Source of the DNA: Octopus sinensis
Taxonomy: Eukaryota
NCBI RefSeq assembly: GCF_006345805.1
Contig: NW_021836293.1
Span: forward strand, 185,429 to 249,428
Direction: 5' to 3'
Length of the DNA stretch: 64,000 bases
Position 1 is the first letter of the stretch; the number at the start of each line of letters is the position of its first letter. The notes under the pieces were generated by a model that saw only the letters and a list, made by a program, of their open reading frames with translations, did not search any database and was not told the origin of the DNA. The position numbers and the translations under genes are program-made. Positions 51,256 through 63,599 of the stretch are shown piece after piece.

Positions 51256-54241
51256 TGTAATTTACCATTCCCATTATTGTAATTATCAGCATCCATACCA
51301 GCAGCAGCAATACCAATATCAATGGCACCAGAGATAGCAATAACATTTTCACCACTCTTACCATCACTAGCACAATTTCTACCAACATAACACATTTTCA
51401 TTCTTCATTACAAGCACTGGAACCACAAACCACTGAGGGTACCCTTTCACATTTACTCAGCCTGTTATAAAATTAGCAACTGAATTTCTCTGAAATTACT
51501 CTCTGCTGTAAAGGTAAAGCATATTCATAAATTCAATCTAAAAAACAATATGGCAGTATACAAATGATCTGATGATCAGAGTTTGAATGTCAGTTAAAGG
51601 ATATGTGAAGAGAGAATAACAGTTCCATAAAGTTAAGGCCAGTAATTCACTCTTCTTGTTAAATGGATAAGAGATAAATTTCGCTAAGATAGGATGTGGA
51701 ACAGTTTTAGCTATTTCCCCAGCCAAGACTGTTTTTCTTTTACTTGTTGAGTTTGGGAGAACAGGCATTGCCCATGACCTTCACAAACAATCCAAGAATA
51801 ATGGGTTTGATGCTATTAATGGTTCATTTAAATTATTGAATATCAACACCCACAGGTAAAACACAAGCAGCACTAAAATCATTACCTTTCAAAAACACCT
51901 GAAGTTCAAAATTGATAGCTATTTAAATCTCAGTACTTGACTGGTATTTTATCTTATCATCACCAGAAGAATAAAAGGCAAAATTGATCCCAACAGAATT
52001 TGAATTTAGAATGTAAAGGATCATAACTAAATACTGCAAACATTTTGTCCAACGCTCTAATAATAAGTGAGCCTACTCAGTGGTATAATAGGCACACATG
52101 GCTTGATATCATATCTATTCACAATCATAGCTGTGTAGTTCTGAAGCTCATCTTACAACCATATGGATGTAATACATGCCAGTCTCATAATCAAAGCACA
52201 GACGTCTTCATCAAATTTTGAATAAATAAAAAATGAGGAATTTTAATTACTCCATACTATTGCTGTAATTGCTACCACAAAACATTCACACAGGCCAATA
52301 TGGGAACTTTCCATAGCCATTTAATCTGGTAATTGTAACTACCAAATCTTCAAAAACTATCTACAGATTTTAAAACTAAAAGTACATAATTACAATCTTG
52401 CACATTCTAGATGTCATTTGAAGCACACAAACTCATCTTTCTTAAACACAGTTAAGCAGATGAAGGAGCTTTTTTAACATAATTCAGTAATCTATTTTTT
52501 ATAATTTAAGAATGCCTAAAATGATTATTGGCAATGAGAGCAGAATAAATTGAGAGAATACTGTACTACAAGTAACGGGGTTAGTATTATTTCTCACGTG
52601 GTTAGGAACAAACATTTAACTCACAAGTTCACTGACTTGTTGATAAGTACTCACTGAGTGATAGCTTATTACTGTAAGCAGTAGCAGCCTGCTAAATTAC
52701 CAAGCACTTGATTAAGTTACAGCATCAAACCTCTTCCTGTGGATTTAGTGGTGTTTTGAAGCAGGTGGGCTATGTGTTATGGGTTAACTTATATAAATAT
52801 ACAGTGGTACTACAGAAAACAATATACTTCTTTCTTTTATTCTTTTACTTAATTCAACCATGGGATAGCAACCATAGCTAGGACATCCAAAGCTTAGTCA
52901 ATTATATTGCTCCTCATTCTTATTTCAGTCTTGTATTTATTTTATCAATCTCTATTTGGAATAGTTAAGTTACAGAATAGAAAGAGACCTACCACAACAT
53001 CAGTTTTTAGATTAGTATAAATGTAAACACAGATATGGATAGCACATGCTTATATACAATTATATACAATGGGCTTCTACACAATTTCCATATAGCAAAT
53101 ACCACTCATGAGATATTGATGAATACAAGGCTTATAGAAAAATGTTCAATGTGGCACACAGTAGACTTGAATCTGGAACCACATGATAGTTAAGTGAGCT
53201 TTTTAACTACACATCTATGTCTGTAACTAAATATCTTTATATCAAAGCATGGGTGGCTCAAGATATTTGATAAAGGAAATGAAGGTTCAACAACTTCTGA
53301 ATGTCTAACTTGAGGAGGAATGAGATTAACTAGTTTCACTTGATTAAGACATGGGAATGAAGTCTTATGTAGCGCTTCTTCCACAAAAAGAATGTTACGG
53401 GGTTCACCAACAACAAAAAGACTATGTGTATTGTCTCTCCACCTCAGACTAATAAATAATATATAATAAAATAGAAGGGAAATATTTATTGTAGAAAGCC
53501 GAAATAGAATAGCAGCAAAAGAAAGTAAGAAAAGTATTTAAAATCAACAGAAGTTTTCATTAGATGCTAATTGACACAGAACAAGTTATTACAGAAAAGG
53601 TTCTTATTTATATTGATTATGTAATGATTTGTAGTAAAGCCAGTGAGCTTTCTTGCAATAAACTTTATAGATAGTAATATACGAAGCTAAGAAAGCTAAA
53701 CAACTCAATTTCCTTCAAACAACATATCTTTTGCCAGATCAATGTCACTTTTCACCACATATTCCTCGTGTCTATCGAATGTCATGTTATCTTCATGGAA
53801 ACTTGCCATTATTAAAAGTACACAGTATGTTTCTTGTGTCTTCATGAAGAAATTGTAGTCTACTACTTAGAGTGGAAGCATCGACTAAGAGATATTGATT
53901 CAAATATCACTTCCATTGAATATACATTGCTGAAGACTCCATTCAGTTAATATTAATGTAGTGAAGTCCATAGACCAAGAGACTAGTTTCTTAGGAGCCA
54001 ACACTAAGTTTCAATTCTCAGTTGAAGCCATTGCACTTACTACTGGTAATGCTCTTAAAGAAACGAAATTTCTTCTTCTTTTAGAATACACAGCCAAATG
54101 TCTACTCAAAATTATATAAGGTTCATAAAATAATAAAAAAGACTGGGGAATGAACACAACATTACATGCCCTACACTTTTTATCCCTCATAGATGCAAAT
54201 ATCCATCCATCCATCTATGCACACATACATGCATATATACA

Positions 54242-54298
<57 letters not shown>

Positions 54299-54769
54299 GT
54301 ACTGTCATAGTAATCATTTGCCCCTCTGATGTGAATATTTCTTTAGAAGTCAAAGAGAAAGAGGGTAACTATGGACAACTATGTCGAAACCTCCAGCTTC
54401 TATATCCAGATTATCTATTAATTCACATGTATACCAATAATAATTGGTGCACTTGGTTTAGTGAGTAAATGCCCATATGACAATCTGGGTAAGCAAGGGT
54501 TTTCAGAAAAAGAAATCAACCAAATAACTTGCACATTACAAATACAATCTGTAAGTGGAACAATAAAAATATGCAAGCCTTTGCTCATTTAAATGTGACA
54601 TTGGTTTTGTCATGTACATCCCAAGGATGAAGCTTTGTATCTTTGTTAGGAACCAGTTCCTTCCTCAGAATTAGAATTTTAATAATCAAAAATAGAAGAG
54701 GACATACATACAACATACCACAAGGATATACCCTGGCACTTACCACCATCTTTCTCTCTCTTCTTTTAC

Positions 54770-54940
54770 TCAACCAACCTATTTATATTCTGATGCCCGT
54801 CCCTTGTGAGTATGCCCAACACTTTGCTACCATCTCTCTTCTGCTCTTTTGCACTCTTGCTGTCTCCCACTGCTCATCCCTTGGGCTAGGTAACCTTGCA
54901 TCTCCTTTACAGCAGCACAGCTGTTTCTGTTCTCATTTCT

Positions 54941-54985
<45 letters not shown>

Positions 54986-55394
54986 CTGGGTAACCATGTA
55001 CCTCCTCTACTGCAAGACACCTATTTCTGTCTCACTCTAACCTTTCATCCTCTGACACAAGTTTCCCTCCTCAAATGCTCCTGCCCCTCTCAAAATTCCT
55101 TCTCTTGCAAGTTACTTGGTGACCCTGCCAGTGCTGATGTCATGTAAAAAGCATCCAGTCCACAGTGTAAAGTGGTTGACATTTGGAAAGGCACTCAGTA
55201 ATAGAAACCTTAACAAAACTGACCTTACTTGTGTTTGTACCACGTAAAAATCACTCAGTCCACTCTGCTGGGTGTTTGGTGTTAAGAAGGGCATCCAGTT
55301 GTAAAAACCCTGCCAAAACAGACACAGAAGTCTCCTGCCTGGCCAGCTCCTGTCAAACTGTCCAACCCTTGCCAGCATGGAAGGATGATGATGA
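54770..55394 (+). mobile_element. RTE LINE long 3' UTR fragment
   Basis: Ends AAGGGCATCCAGTTGTAAAAAC..GCCAGCATGGAAG(GAT)n, and its upstream part matches the reverse complement of 2700-2910. Confidence 0.75.
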
Positions 55395-55491
55395 TATATA
55401 TATGAAGTCAAAGCCATAGATGATTTTGTTTTCATCCAAATGGTGTTGGAAGGATACTAATAATATGTAGGTGTTATTTTGGCCCATTTAA

Positions 55492-57505
55492 TCCTTTGCT
55501 GCCAGCTTTTATTTCCTGTGCTGCTCCTACTGTGCCAGTTTCTTTTTTAAAAAAGGCCACAATTGCACAATGAAAATGCTTTTAATTCAATTGAATATAA
55601 AGAATGGACTAAGCAGAGCACACACGTGGATGGAAGGTGTTGCTGAAGAGGTCACAGTTGTGTGATGAAAGATTTCCAGACAATGGACATAAGTTAAAAT
55701 AAGAACAGTAATAAACAACTGAAGAACAAATATATAGTGCATGTGTTTATTTGGAAAAAAAAATGACCGTCCCAAAATGCAATAAATATACATTAATACA
55801 ATGTAAAGCCTATTAAAATTACTATATACAAAGATAAGTTTTTAAAATAATGATATAATTAGGTATGAAATATTTTAAAACATTGATCAACTTATTATCT
55901 AACCTGACACTAAACATTCATTCCTTTCTTTCCACTTATCATCCTTCAAACACATCTTGCACCTTTTAGCTAGGGCTTGTTTTGTTTTTTATAGAGATTG
56001 GAGGGGTTGATGATAGGATATGCCTCTCTGTCAGATGTAGGGGGAAACTTCCACGGTTGAACAACCACCTAAGGCATAGAGATTTTCTTCAGTCATTTTT
56101 CAAATCATTTTAAAGTGAAAATTAAGAAAGAGTGTATTGGTGCCAATCTTCTTATGTGTAACAGAAGCATAGTAGTGTGATATCAAGTATGTGGGGAAAA
56201 AAAAACTTTTCTTATACCACTTAATATTTTGTTTTCTTTATTCTTGGATATGAATGAATGACATTCACACATAAATCAACTCCACCCATATATTTATTAA
56301 AATCTACAATGCATTTAAGTTTTCTAATGTATTTCCTTGTGAACCTAGCTACTCTTACCACTTTATAAAACTTTTGTTGTGTATCCTACTTAGCATGATC
56401 GCATCCCTTTTTGATTTTAAAATAATACACTGTGATGCTATCTTTCTAAACAACCAGCATTTCCCCATGGCATAACTTTGGGAAAGCATCACTTGGCATC
56501 CCATTTGTGTTTTACTTACAATGCTATATACATTGGTTTGCTTTTCTTATATGATTTGACCAGAGTAGGGCTACCAAAAAATCTGTTCAGGAATAATTTC
56601 GAACTTTTTCATAATAATGGTAAAATCAAAGAAAGAAAAAACTTTCTCATCTGGTCACCATCATTCACTGAATTCAGTAGTGAATCCAGTGTATAGAACA
56701 GAATTATACACTCATGCAGTTTATATATTTTGATGCTAAACGTTTCGTTTCATTGGAATGTATTGTTGAAATCTAAGCTGGCCCTCCCACAACATCATCA
56801 ATTTATCTATGTAGATCTGCTTGCTGGATATATGTATACACATTTTTTAAGTGTATTTCTAAAGTGGTTCACAACTTATACATCTTATGAAGCTTGTGCT
56901 TGTCCATATCTTGGACAATAAAGGATGACAATGATTCAATATGCATTACTTGTAGTAGGGGCTTAGTACCATTTTATCCCTATTGAAATACAAGATTTTG
57001 TGCTTTTAGTCCAAGTAACACATAAATCTTTTTCATATTTGTTGGCTTCCAATTTTTGGCTCTTGAATATTTTTTCAGATCATTAGTCTCTAGCACAGAC
57101 TCTACAATATTTGTTTGAGTCATTCACAAAGTTCTGAATTTGATCTTGCATAAGGAATTTTTAGAAACATTCATATTGTGTTGCATTTGCATTTAACTCC
57201 CCATCTTCAACACCTACATTTGCTGTGAAGTCACTCACATATGAAAAGCTACAAGTCTTCTTATTCCAATCACTATTCCTAATTCCTCCCACCCCAACTA
57301 TTGTTTGCGTGCAGGAAAATAGTGGTGCTTTCTTCACATGCTTGTTGACAGTTGATTAGTTGATTTTCATCCCTTTCTGACATATTTTCTCCTATATAAC
57401 CCCAAAAAGATATTTTTATTCCTCACTGTCATCTTCATCTTCAGATTCTTTGGGAAAAATTAGCTCTAATGCTTCATTGCTTCTCAGTTTCTTATATTAT
57501 GTCAT
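55492..57505 (-). mobile_element. Decayed piggyBac transposon (PGBD4-like transposase relic)
   Basis: Minus-strand fragments in the expected order: EALELIFPKESEDED, FVNDSNKY, SRAKNWKPT, IYIDKLMMLWEGQLRFQQYIPMKR, IKIYKL, NRFFGSPTL, CIVDFNKYMGGVDL, KWYKK, HLTERH, KRCKMC. Left end is TTAA|TCCTTT at 55488-55497; the other terminus was not located. Confidence 0.85.
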
Positions 57506-57808
57506 ATCAGTCTAAATGTACAGATGCAATTTAAAATCCAAATATATAAGATATATTTATAGCAAATGTTGCATATTGCATATGTGAATAAGCTCAATAA
57601 TTCAAGCAGTCATTCTCCACACTTCACTCGATCATGAATATGTGCTAATTTGCATTTGTTTGTTATAAAAAGATGCTGATATTTGAGAAGCAATATGGTA
57701 CTATTCAAAGTGAGATATTACAGCCATAAGTGTTTCAGTAAAGGCAAGTGAGAGTGAAATACCTTGACCATAACATAAAAAAAAGTTGAACCCTTCCTCA
57801 TACAGAGG

Positions 57809-57962
57809 TTAACTTCATACCAAAGAATCCAAGATTAAGTATGTATCAAGGTGAATATTACCCAATAAGTGGTATATTTTCTTTGTGAACTGATTCTGTA
57901 ACTTTGTTGCAGTTACTGGTTGTGATACTTTAACTTTAACTTTCTCATATAAATCTGTAGAC
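57809..57962. repeat. Left arm of a 154-bp inverted repeat (partner is 61096-61174 plus 61940-62014)
   Basis: Five mismatches in 154 bp by eye once the intervening SINE is removed. Confidence 0.9.
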
Positions 57963-58745
57963 TTCGATTTGTATAAGAAATTAATATTACTTTCTTCTCA
58001 CGAAGCACAAAGGCAATTTTTATAGAGAATGAATACAGTTGATTGATTTGATCCCAGTATATTATTGATACATATTTTATTGATTCTGTCAGAATGTAAA
58101 GCAAAGGGAAACCTGGCAGGATATGAAGTTAGAATATCAAGTAATGAGATCAAAATACTGTAAGGCTCTCTTCAATTTCTGATAATTCATCATACTCACA
58201 GTAAATATTTATTGATTTCTTTAGTTGAGGCTTGAGGATCCAATAATTTAAGGAGGTTGTAGCAAGGACAGTGATCTGTAGTATTCATACTACATTCAAG
58301 GGTATTAATGGCATGCTTAAAGAGAATTGTTATCAACCAGAAATTGAAATCATATTATAGTCTTTGTCTGCCAGAATTCTTCCATTACAGTGAACATTGC
58401 CTTAAGAATTCGACTTATAACACAAGTAATAATATAACAGTTACAGTATAACTACAGTAACAATATTCATTCCTTCATTCATTCATTTTTATATCTTCTT
58501 TTCTATACTAGCATGGGTTAGACAAATATGTTATTGAGACATTGTTCTGCAGCCAGATGCTCTCACTGACATTAACCATTACCTGTTTTGCAAGTGAAGT
58601 ATCTCTTATTTCACATGGTTTTAAAGGCCCAAAGAAAGCAGACAAGTTATTAACAGAAGGTCCAACAATCCTACTTGAAAATTGTGAAAATCTCTTCACA
58701 TGAAATCATTGCTTGCCTTGTTAACTTACAAATAAACAAATTAAA

Positions 58746-58791
<46 letters not shown>

Positions 58792-58990
58792 GTGTGTGTG
58801 TGTACATGCATGATTCATCATCATCATTTAACATTCACTTTTCCATGCTTAAATAAATTAGATTGAATTTAGATGAGGCATATTTTCTATCACCAAGTAC
58901 TTTTCCTGTCACCAACCATCACCAAGCAACGTAATATTAGCCCATGGTTAGACATGTTTTTCATTGAAACCTCAAAAGACTGATGGTAGA

Positions 58991-59258
58991 CAGACAATTC
59001 ATCGACAGACAGTTGGCCAACAGACAATTGGATGACAGACAACTTACAGACCGGACAATTGTTTGGTATGGTGCAGAGTCCTATTGTCAGACATAGGGTG
59101 TTCCAGCAGCCCCCCTCTTGACCCAGGGCAGCACAACCTTCTTCAGGCACTTGATGCAGGCTTCCGTGTTGAGTCTGAGGTTGTATGGGAATTGTCTACC
59201 AGCAAATTGTCTGTCAGTGAATTGTCTGATGGCAAATTGCCTGTCAACAAATTGTCTG
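58991..59258. mobile_element. Foldback/MITE-like element with 15-bp periodic inverted arms and an internal Tc1/mariner transposase fragment
   Basis: Five CAGACAATT-type units on the left and five AATTGTCTG-type units on the right. The core reads PYNLRLNTEACIKCLKKVVLPWVKRGAAGTPYV*Q*DSAPYQT on the minus strand. Confidence 0.8.
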
Positions 59259-59869
59259 CACAAAAAATTATGCTTATTTACAACCATCACGTTATATAAA
59301 GACAGGGATATATACAAACACACACATACACACACATATACAGCAGGTTTCTTTCAGTTTCTGTCAACCAAATCTACTGATTGAAAATGTAAACTATTTT
59401 TAAACCTTAGTCGCTGGAAGAGTACTAGTACTACTGACTTCTGAGAGTGGTTGATGAAAGCAAAGAGTAAATCATGTCTCATGAGTTGCTTCTGACTTCT
59501 ACTTTAATCCCTGAAGCAGCCCAGTTGGAAGTAAGTATATTTGAGTAAGTCAACCAGGAAAAAAATGCAACTTCTTGAGGTATCATTCACCAAAGAGTTA
59601 AACACCTGTCATGTCAAGCAACAGTGCTCTGATGAAGACCCACTTCACCTTGTAATAATCATTTCATGACAAATGCAGTAATAGGTAAGTAGTGAAATAA
59701 TGCAAGAAGGGAAATAAAAATCAGTCATAGCTTGTTACTGTTGTATTATAATAGAGCAGGTAAAGAATGCAACCTAACATATATAAAATCTAAACTGATC
59801 ATCTTCAAACTTCAACTAAGAATTTTCCAAGAGCAACCTAGAAGAATTGGCGCACATTAATATTCTTTA

Positions 59870-60720
59870 ATACAACACTTCTCATTTTAGTTTACCTTTT
59901 TAATAATCCTGTTAATTTAATTTTTTTCTGGCTTAGTTTGGAATGGTAACATTAAGGCTTTTTTATTTCTTCGGCATGTTATAGACATGATCTGTAAAGA
60001 TGCTACATTTTTAATGCCTGCCTTTCTTTGTTGGTTACTGTGATGACTACATTTCCCAGCTTAAACTCAACTGACTGAGTTTTTTCCAGTCAAGATCTAC
60101 TCTTGTGTAATTTGCAATGCTTTCAGTCATTCTTGAAATGTTAGAGATAATATATTCAAACTATTCATTTATGTTTAGGAAAAAGTAGAAAAGACCTAGG
60201 TAGTTTCCTACAAGTATTCAATTTTCAGTTGATAACGTACCATTGATAGCAGCTCTAACTCCTCTGTTGAACAGGAAGATCTTTATTCATTTCAGAATAA
60301 TTGATGTCATTGAATACTTTTTAGAAATCTTGGAATATGCTGTCAACTCACTCTTTTTCTCTTTTTGGTTCAGTATGTACCAGTGTATTTGAGAAGGGTG
60401 TGTTAGTATCAAGGACAGTTTCCTGAGATTCTCCTAGTTCCTTTTGTATAATTTTCCTTCATTGAAAAATTGAAAAAATGCAACTCAGTTCCAGTCTATT
60501 GAAAGCAGCAGTTAACTAAACTGTCAATTCTTTAAGGAATTCAGCAGAGATGTTCGCAGTTGTTTTTAGTAGATTTTCTAAATTCCTTTTGGATGAATAT
60601 AATATCTAATACCGGAGAGGAGGAGAAATTCTCTATTGTGTTAAAATCAGATTTCTTCCATCATTTTTAACTAATACAGTCATTTAGAATATTATGATCC
60701 CTTCATCGTTATTCTCAAGA
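59870..60720 (-). mobile_element. Very old CR1/L2-type LINE RT relic
   Basis: Fragments VDSIFQDF*KVFNDI (cf. D.IYLDF.KAFD.V), IKIFLFNRGVRAAINGTLS and LGLFYFFLNINE (cf. LGPLLFLIYIND). Confidence 0.6.
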
Positions 60721-61176
60721 GTGCCATGTCTGTTACACAATACTTCATTCTTGTGTTGGGGGTAGGGGGTGGAGAAGATACGTTCAAATATTTATATGTA
60801 TGTGTACTGATGAGTCAAAAGATGAAGCGTAAAATCACATATGCACAGTTTCAGTTTCTATCAACTTTATATTACTCTGCAATTCATATTTATTTTCTTT
60901 GTTTTTTATTATCATTAATTTGCTCAAATATATATCTTCATCATTTAACACCAATGTTCCCATACTTGCATAGGTTTGGCTTGTGTGTGTGAGTGTGTGT
61001 ATGTATGTACATGTGTGTACATGTATGTATATATAACTTTCCCCTTCATCATATATGCTGTTGTATTTGGTTAAAATGGCTTATTGATGAATTTTGTCTA
61101 CAGATTTATATGAGAAAGTTTAAGTTAAAGTATCACAACCAGTAACTGCAACAAAGTTATAGAATCAGCTCACATA

Positions 61177-61610
61177 GGCGCAGGAGTGGCTGTGTGGTAA
61201 GTAGCTTACTTACCAACCACATGGTTCCGGGTTCAGTATCACTGTGTGGCACCTTGGGCAAGTGTCTTCTACTATAGCCTCGGGCCGACCAAAGCCTTGT
61301 GAGTGGATTTGGTAGACAGAGACTGAAAGAAGCCTGTATATATATATATACAGGCTTATATATATATAAGATCCTGACATCAAGATACAGGACCAGATAC
61401 ACCATCAGCTTGGGTTTCAAAGGCTTACAGCTTTTCAACCTCCTTCAAAAAAAAACTTGAGAGAACTACATAGGATAGATGTTGGTGTCTTCAAAACAAA
61501 AGTGAATCTCCTGCCAAGAGTTTCATATGTACTTTGGTGGCAGGAATCACAAATGAGAGCAACAAGATCAAAAACCCTAATTCATCAAACACCACATATC
61601 AGAGGATATA

Positions 61611-61679
<69 letters not shown>

Positions 61680-61939
61680 GTGTGTGTTTGTGTGTCTGTG
61701 TTTGTCCCCCCAACATCACTTGACAACCGGTGTGTTTACGTCCCCGTAACTTAAGTTGTAGTGCACCTGAGCACTGTACACAATTATTATTATTATTATT
61801 ATTATTTAACGGTTTGGCAAAAGACGCCGATAGAATAAGTACTAGGCTTACAAAGAATAAGTCCTGGGGTCGATTTGCTCGACTAAAGGTGGTGCTCCAG
61901 CATGGCCGCAGTCAAATGACTGAAACAAGTAAAAGAGTA
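61177..61939 (+). mobile_element. Young SINE family B with two nested insertions
   Basis: Intact head GGCGCAGGAGTGGCTGTGTGG and tail CATGGCCGCAGTCAAATGACTGAAACAAGT; nested CR1-like piece at ~61367-61606 and short tail-like piece at ~61754-61806. Confidence 0.9.
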
Positions 61940-62434
61940 AAGAAAATATACCACTTATTGGGCAATATTCACCTTGATACATACTTAATCTTGGATTCTT
62001 TGGCATGAAGTTAATACACCCTCAGCCACCCTCGCTAACTAAGCAGATAATACAAAACTTTTTTTCCTAGATGGGATGATTGCATTGTCTTACATCCTTT
62101 TTATCCAACCCCCACCTTCCCGGAATAATCTCAATGCTTTCTTAGAAACACATGTTGGAAATATAAATGATTTGAATAACACCTGTGTTTGACTCCATTT
62201 CTTGATTTATCCATGTTATACAAAAACATTTCATTTAACCTTAGAATTTCTACCTTTGTAAGTAAACTCCAGGCACTTACATGAATTTTTGCTCCCCTGG
62301 TAACTATTTATTTATTTTTTCCTTATTTGCACACATTGAAAAAATACATACACACACACACACACACATTTATATTTATATATATATATATACACATTTA
62401 TATGTGTACACACTTATATGTATGTATATATATA

Positions 62435-63508
62435 TCAGGTCATCCCATAAGTTCTGTCTGAATTTTGAATAAAGAAAGCAAGTGATCAAATGTTATATTT
62501 AATTGAAATTTAATCATCAATATACTTTCCCTGATTATCTATGACTTCCTTCCATCTATTTACAAGCTTTTTAATCCCATCAATGTAAAACTCATTTGGT
62601 TTCAAAGCAAAGAACTCTGAAATGTCAGTTTCAACTTCCTCCTGGCTTGCAAAAGTTATGTCCCCTAAATGATTCTGTAAACTATGAAACAAATGGTAGT
62701 CTGAAAAAGCAAGGTCGGGAGAATAAGGCAGATGAGAAATTTTTTCCCAACCAAGCTCTTCGATTTTCTGTGATGTGATCTTTGAAGTGTGGGGTCACGC
62801 ATTGTCCTGATGAAACATCACTCCTTTTCGATTCACTAAAGTGAGTCTTGTTTTCTTCAAAGCTTGATTCAAACGCTCTAATTGCTGACAGTAGACTTGA
62901 GTCTATCCAAAAAGGGTGAAATGCATTCACGAGAATGGAGAGAAGAGCAGATGTCAACTTGGGATTTGTGGTTACTTTCAGACAATTCATGAGGCACCCA
63001 TTTTACCAAGTTTAGGAACCTTTCCAAGTTGTTGAAGATGACTATGAACAGTTGCATAGTTTGAACTAAGCTTTACTGCCTAATGCAGGGTTTTCTTCAA
63101 GTACTGCCTCAAGGAGCTTATCATCAAACTCAACTGGATATCCTGTTTGATCTTCATCTTCAAGGCTGAAATCTCCACTTCCGAATTTTGCAAACCATCC
63201 TCTGCAAGTTCTTTCAATAAGCATTCTTTCCCATAAACTGAGTATATGTTTCGAGTTGCTTTGGCTGCAGAGTTTCCTTTTTTGTACTCTTAAAGCATTA
63301 TTTGCTTCAAATTCTCTTTGGATACTTCCATGTTTGAAAGGGTTTTAATCAAAGAAATTTGAATTCAATTATTCTGAAAAATAATTAATTAGTTTAAATG
63401 TATGCAAATACATAAAAATAATTTTTAATTCCATTAGACATTCTAAAATACTATTAAATTTCATTCAATTTTAAAAAAGGTAAAATTGGGCAGAACTTAT
63501 GAGATGAC

Positions 63509-63512
<4 letters not shown>
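62435..63512 (-). mobile_element. Mariner transposon with both TIRs and an internally deleted, dead transposase (63331 to 62510)
   Basis: TIRs TCAGGTCATCCCATAAGTTCTG and CAGAACTTATGAGATGACCTGA flanked by TA. Motifs ERTCRGWFAKFGSGDFSLEDE, KWVPHEL, FHQDNA*PH, YSPDLAFSDYHLF and RWKEVIDNQGKYI. Confidence 0.95.
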
Positions 63513-63561
<49 letters not shown>

Positions 63562-63599
63562 GCATGCACACACAGCCCCACCAAGCAGCACCTTAGTGC

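Noticed and set aside
50950-51388. Poly-Asp ORF with a hydrophobic N-terminus resembling an acidic secreted protein
   Set aside because: It is a (CAT)n repeat that is open in several frames; similar tracts occur throughout the window.
51538-51860. Stretch open on both strands in non-repetitive sequence
   Set aside because: Neither translation resembles a known protein and splice signals are weak.
58991-59258. Repeat-spacer pattern resembling a CRISPR array
   Set aside because: Repeats are only 9 bp with 6-bp variable parts, the two halves are inverted, the DNA is eukaryotic and no cas genes are present.
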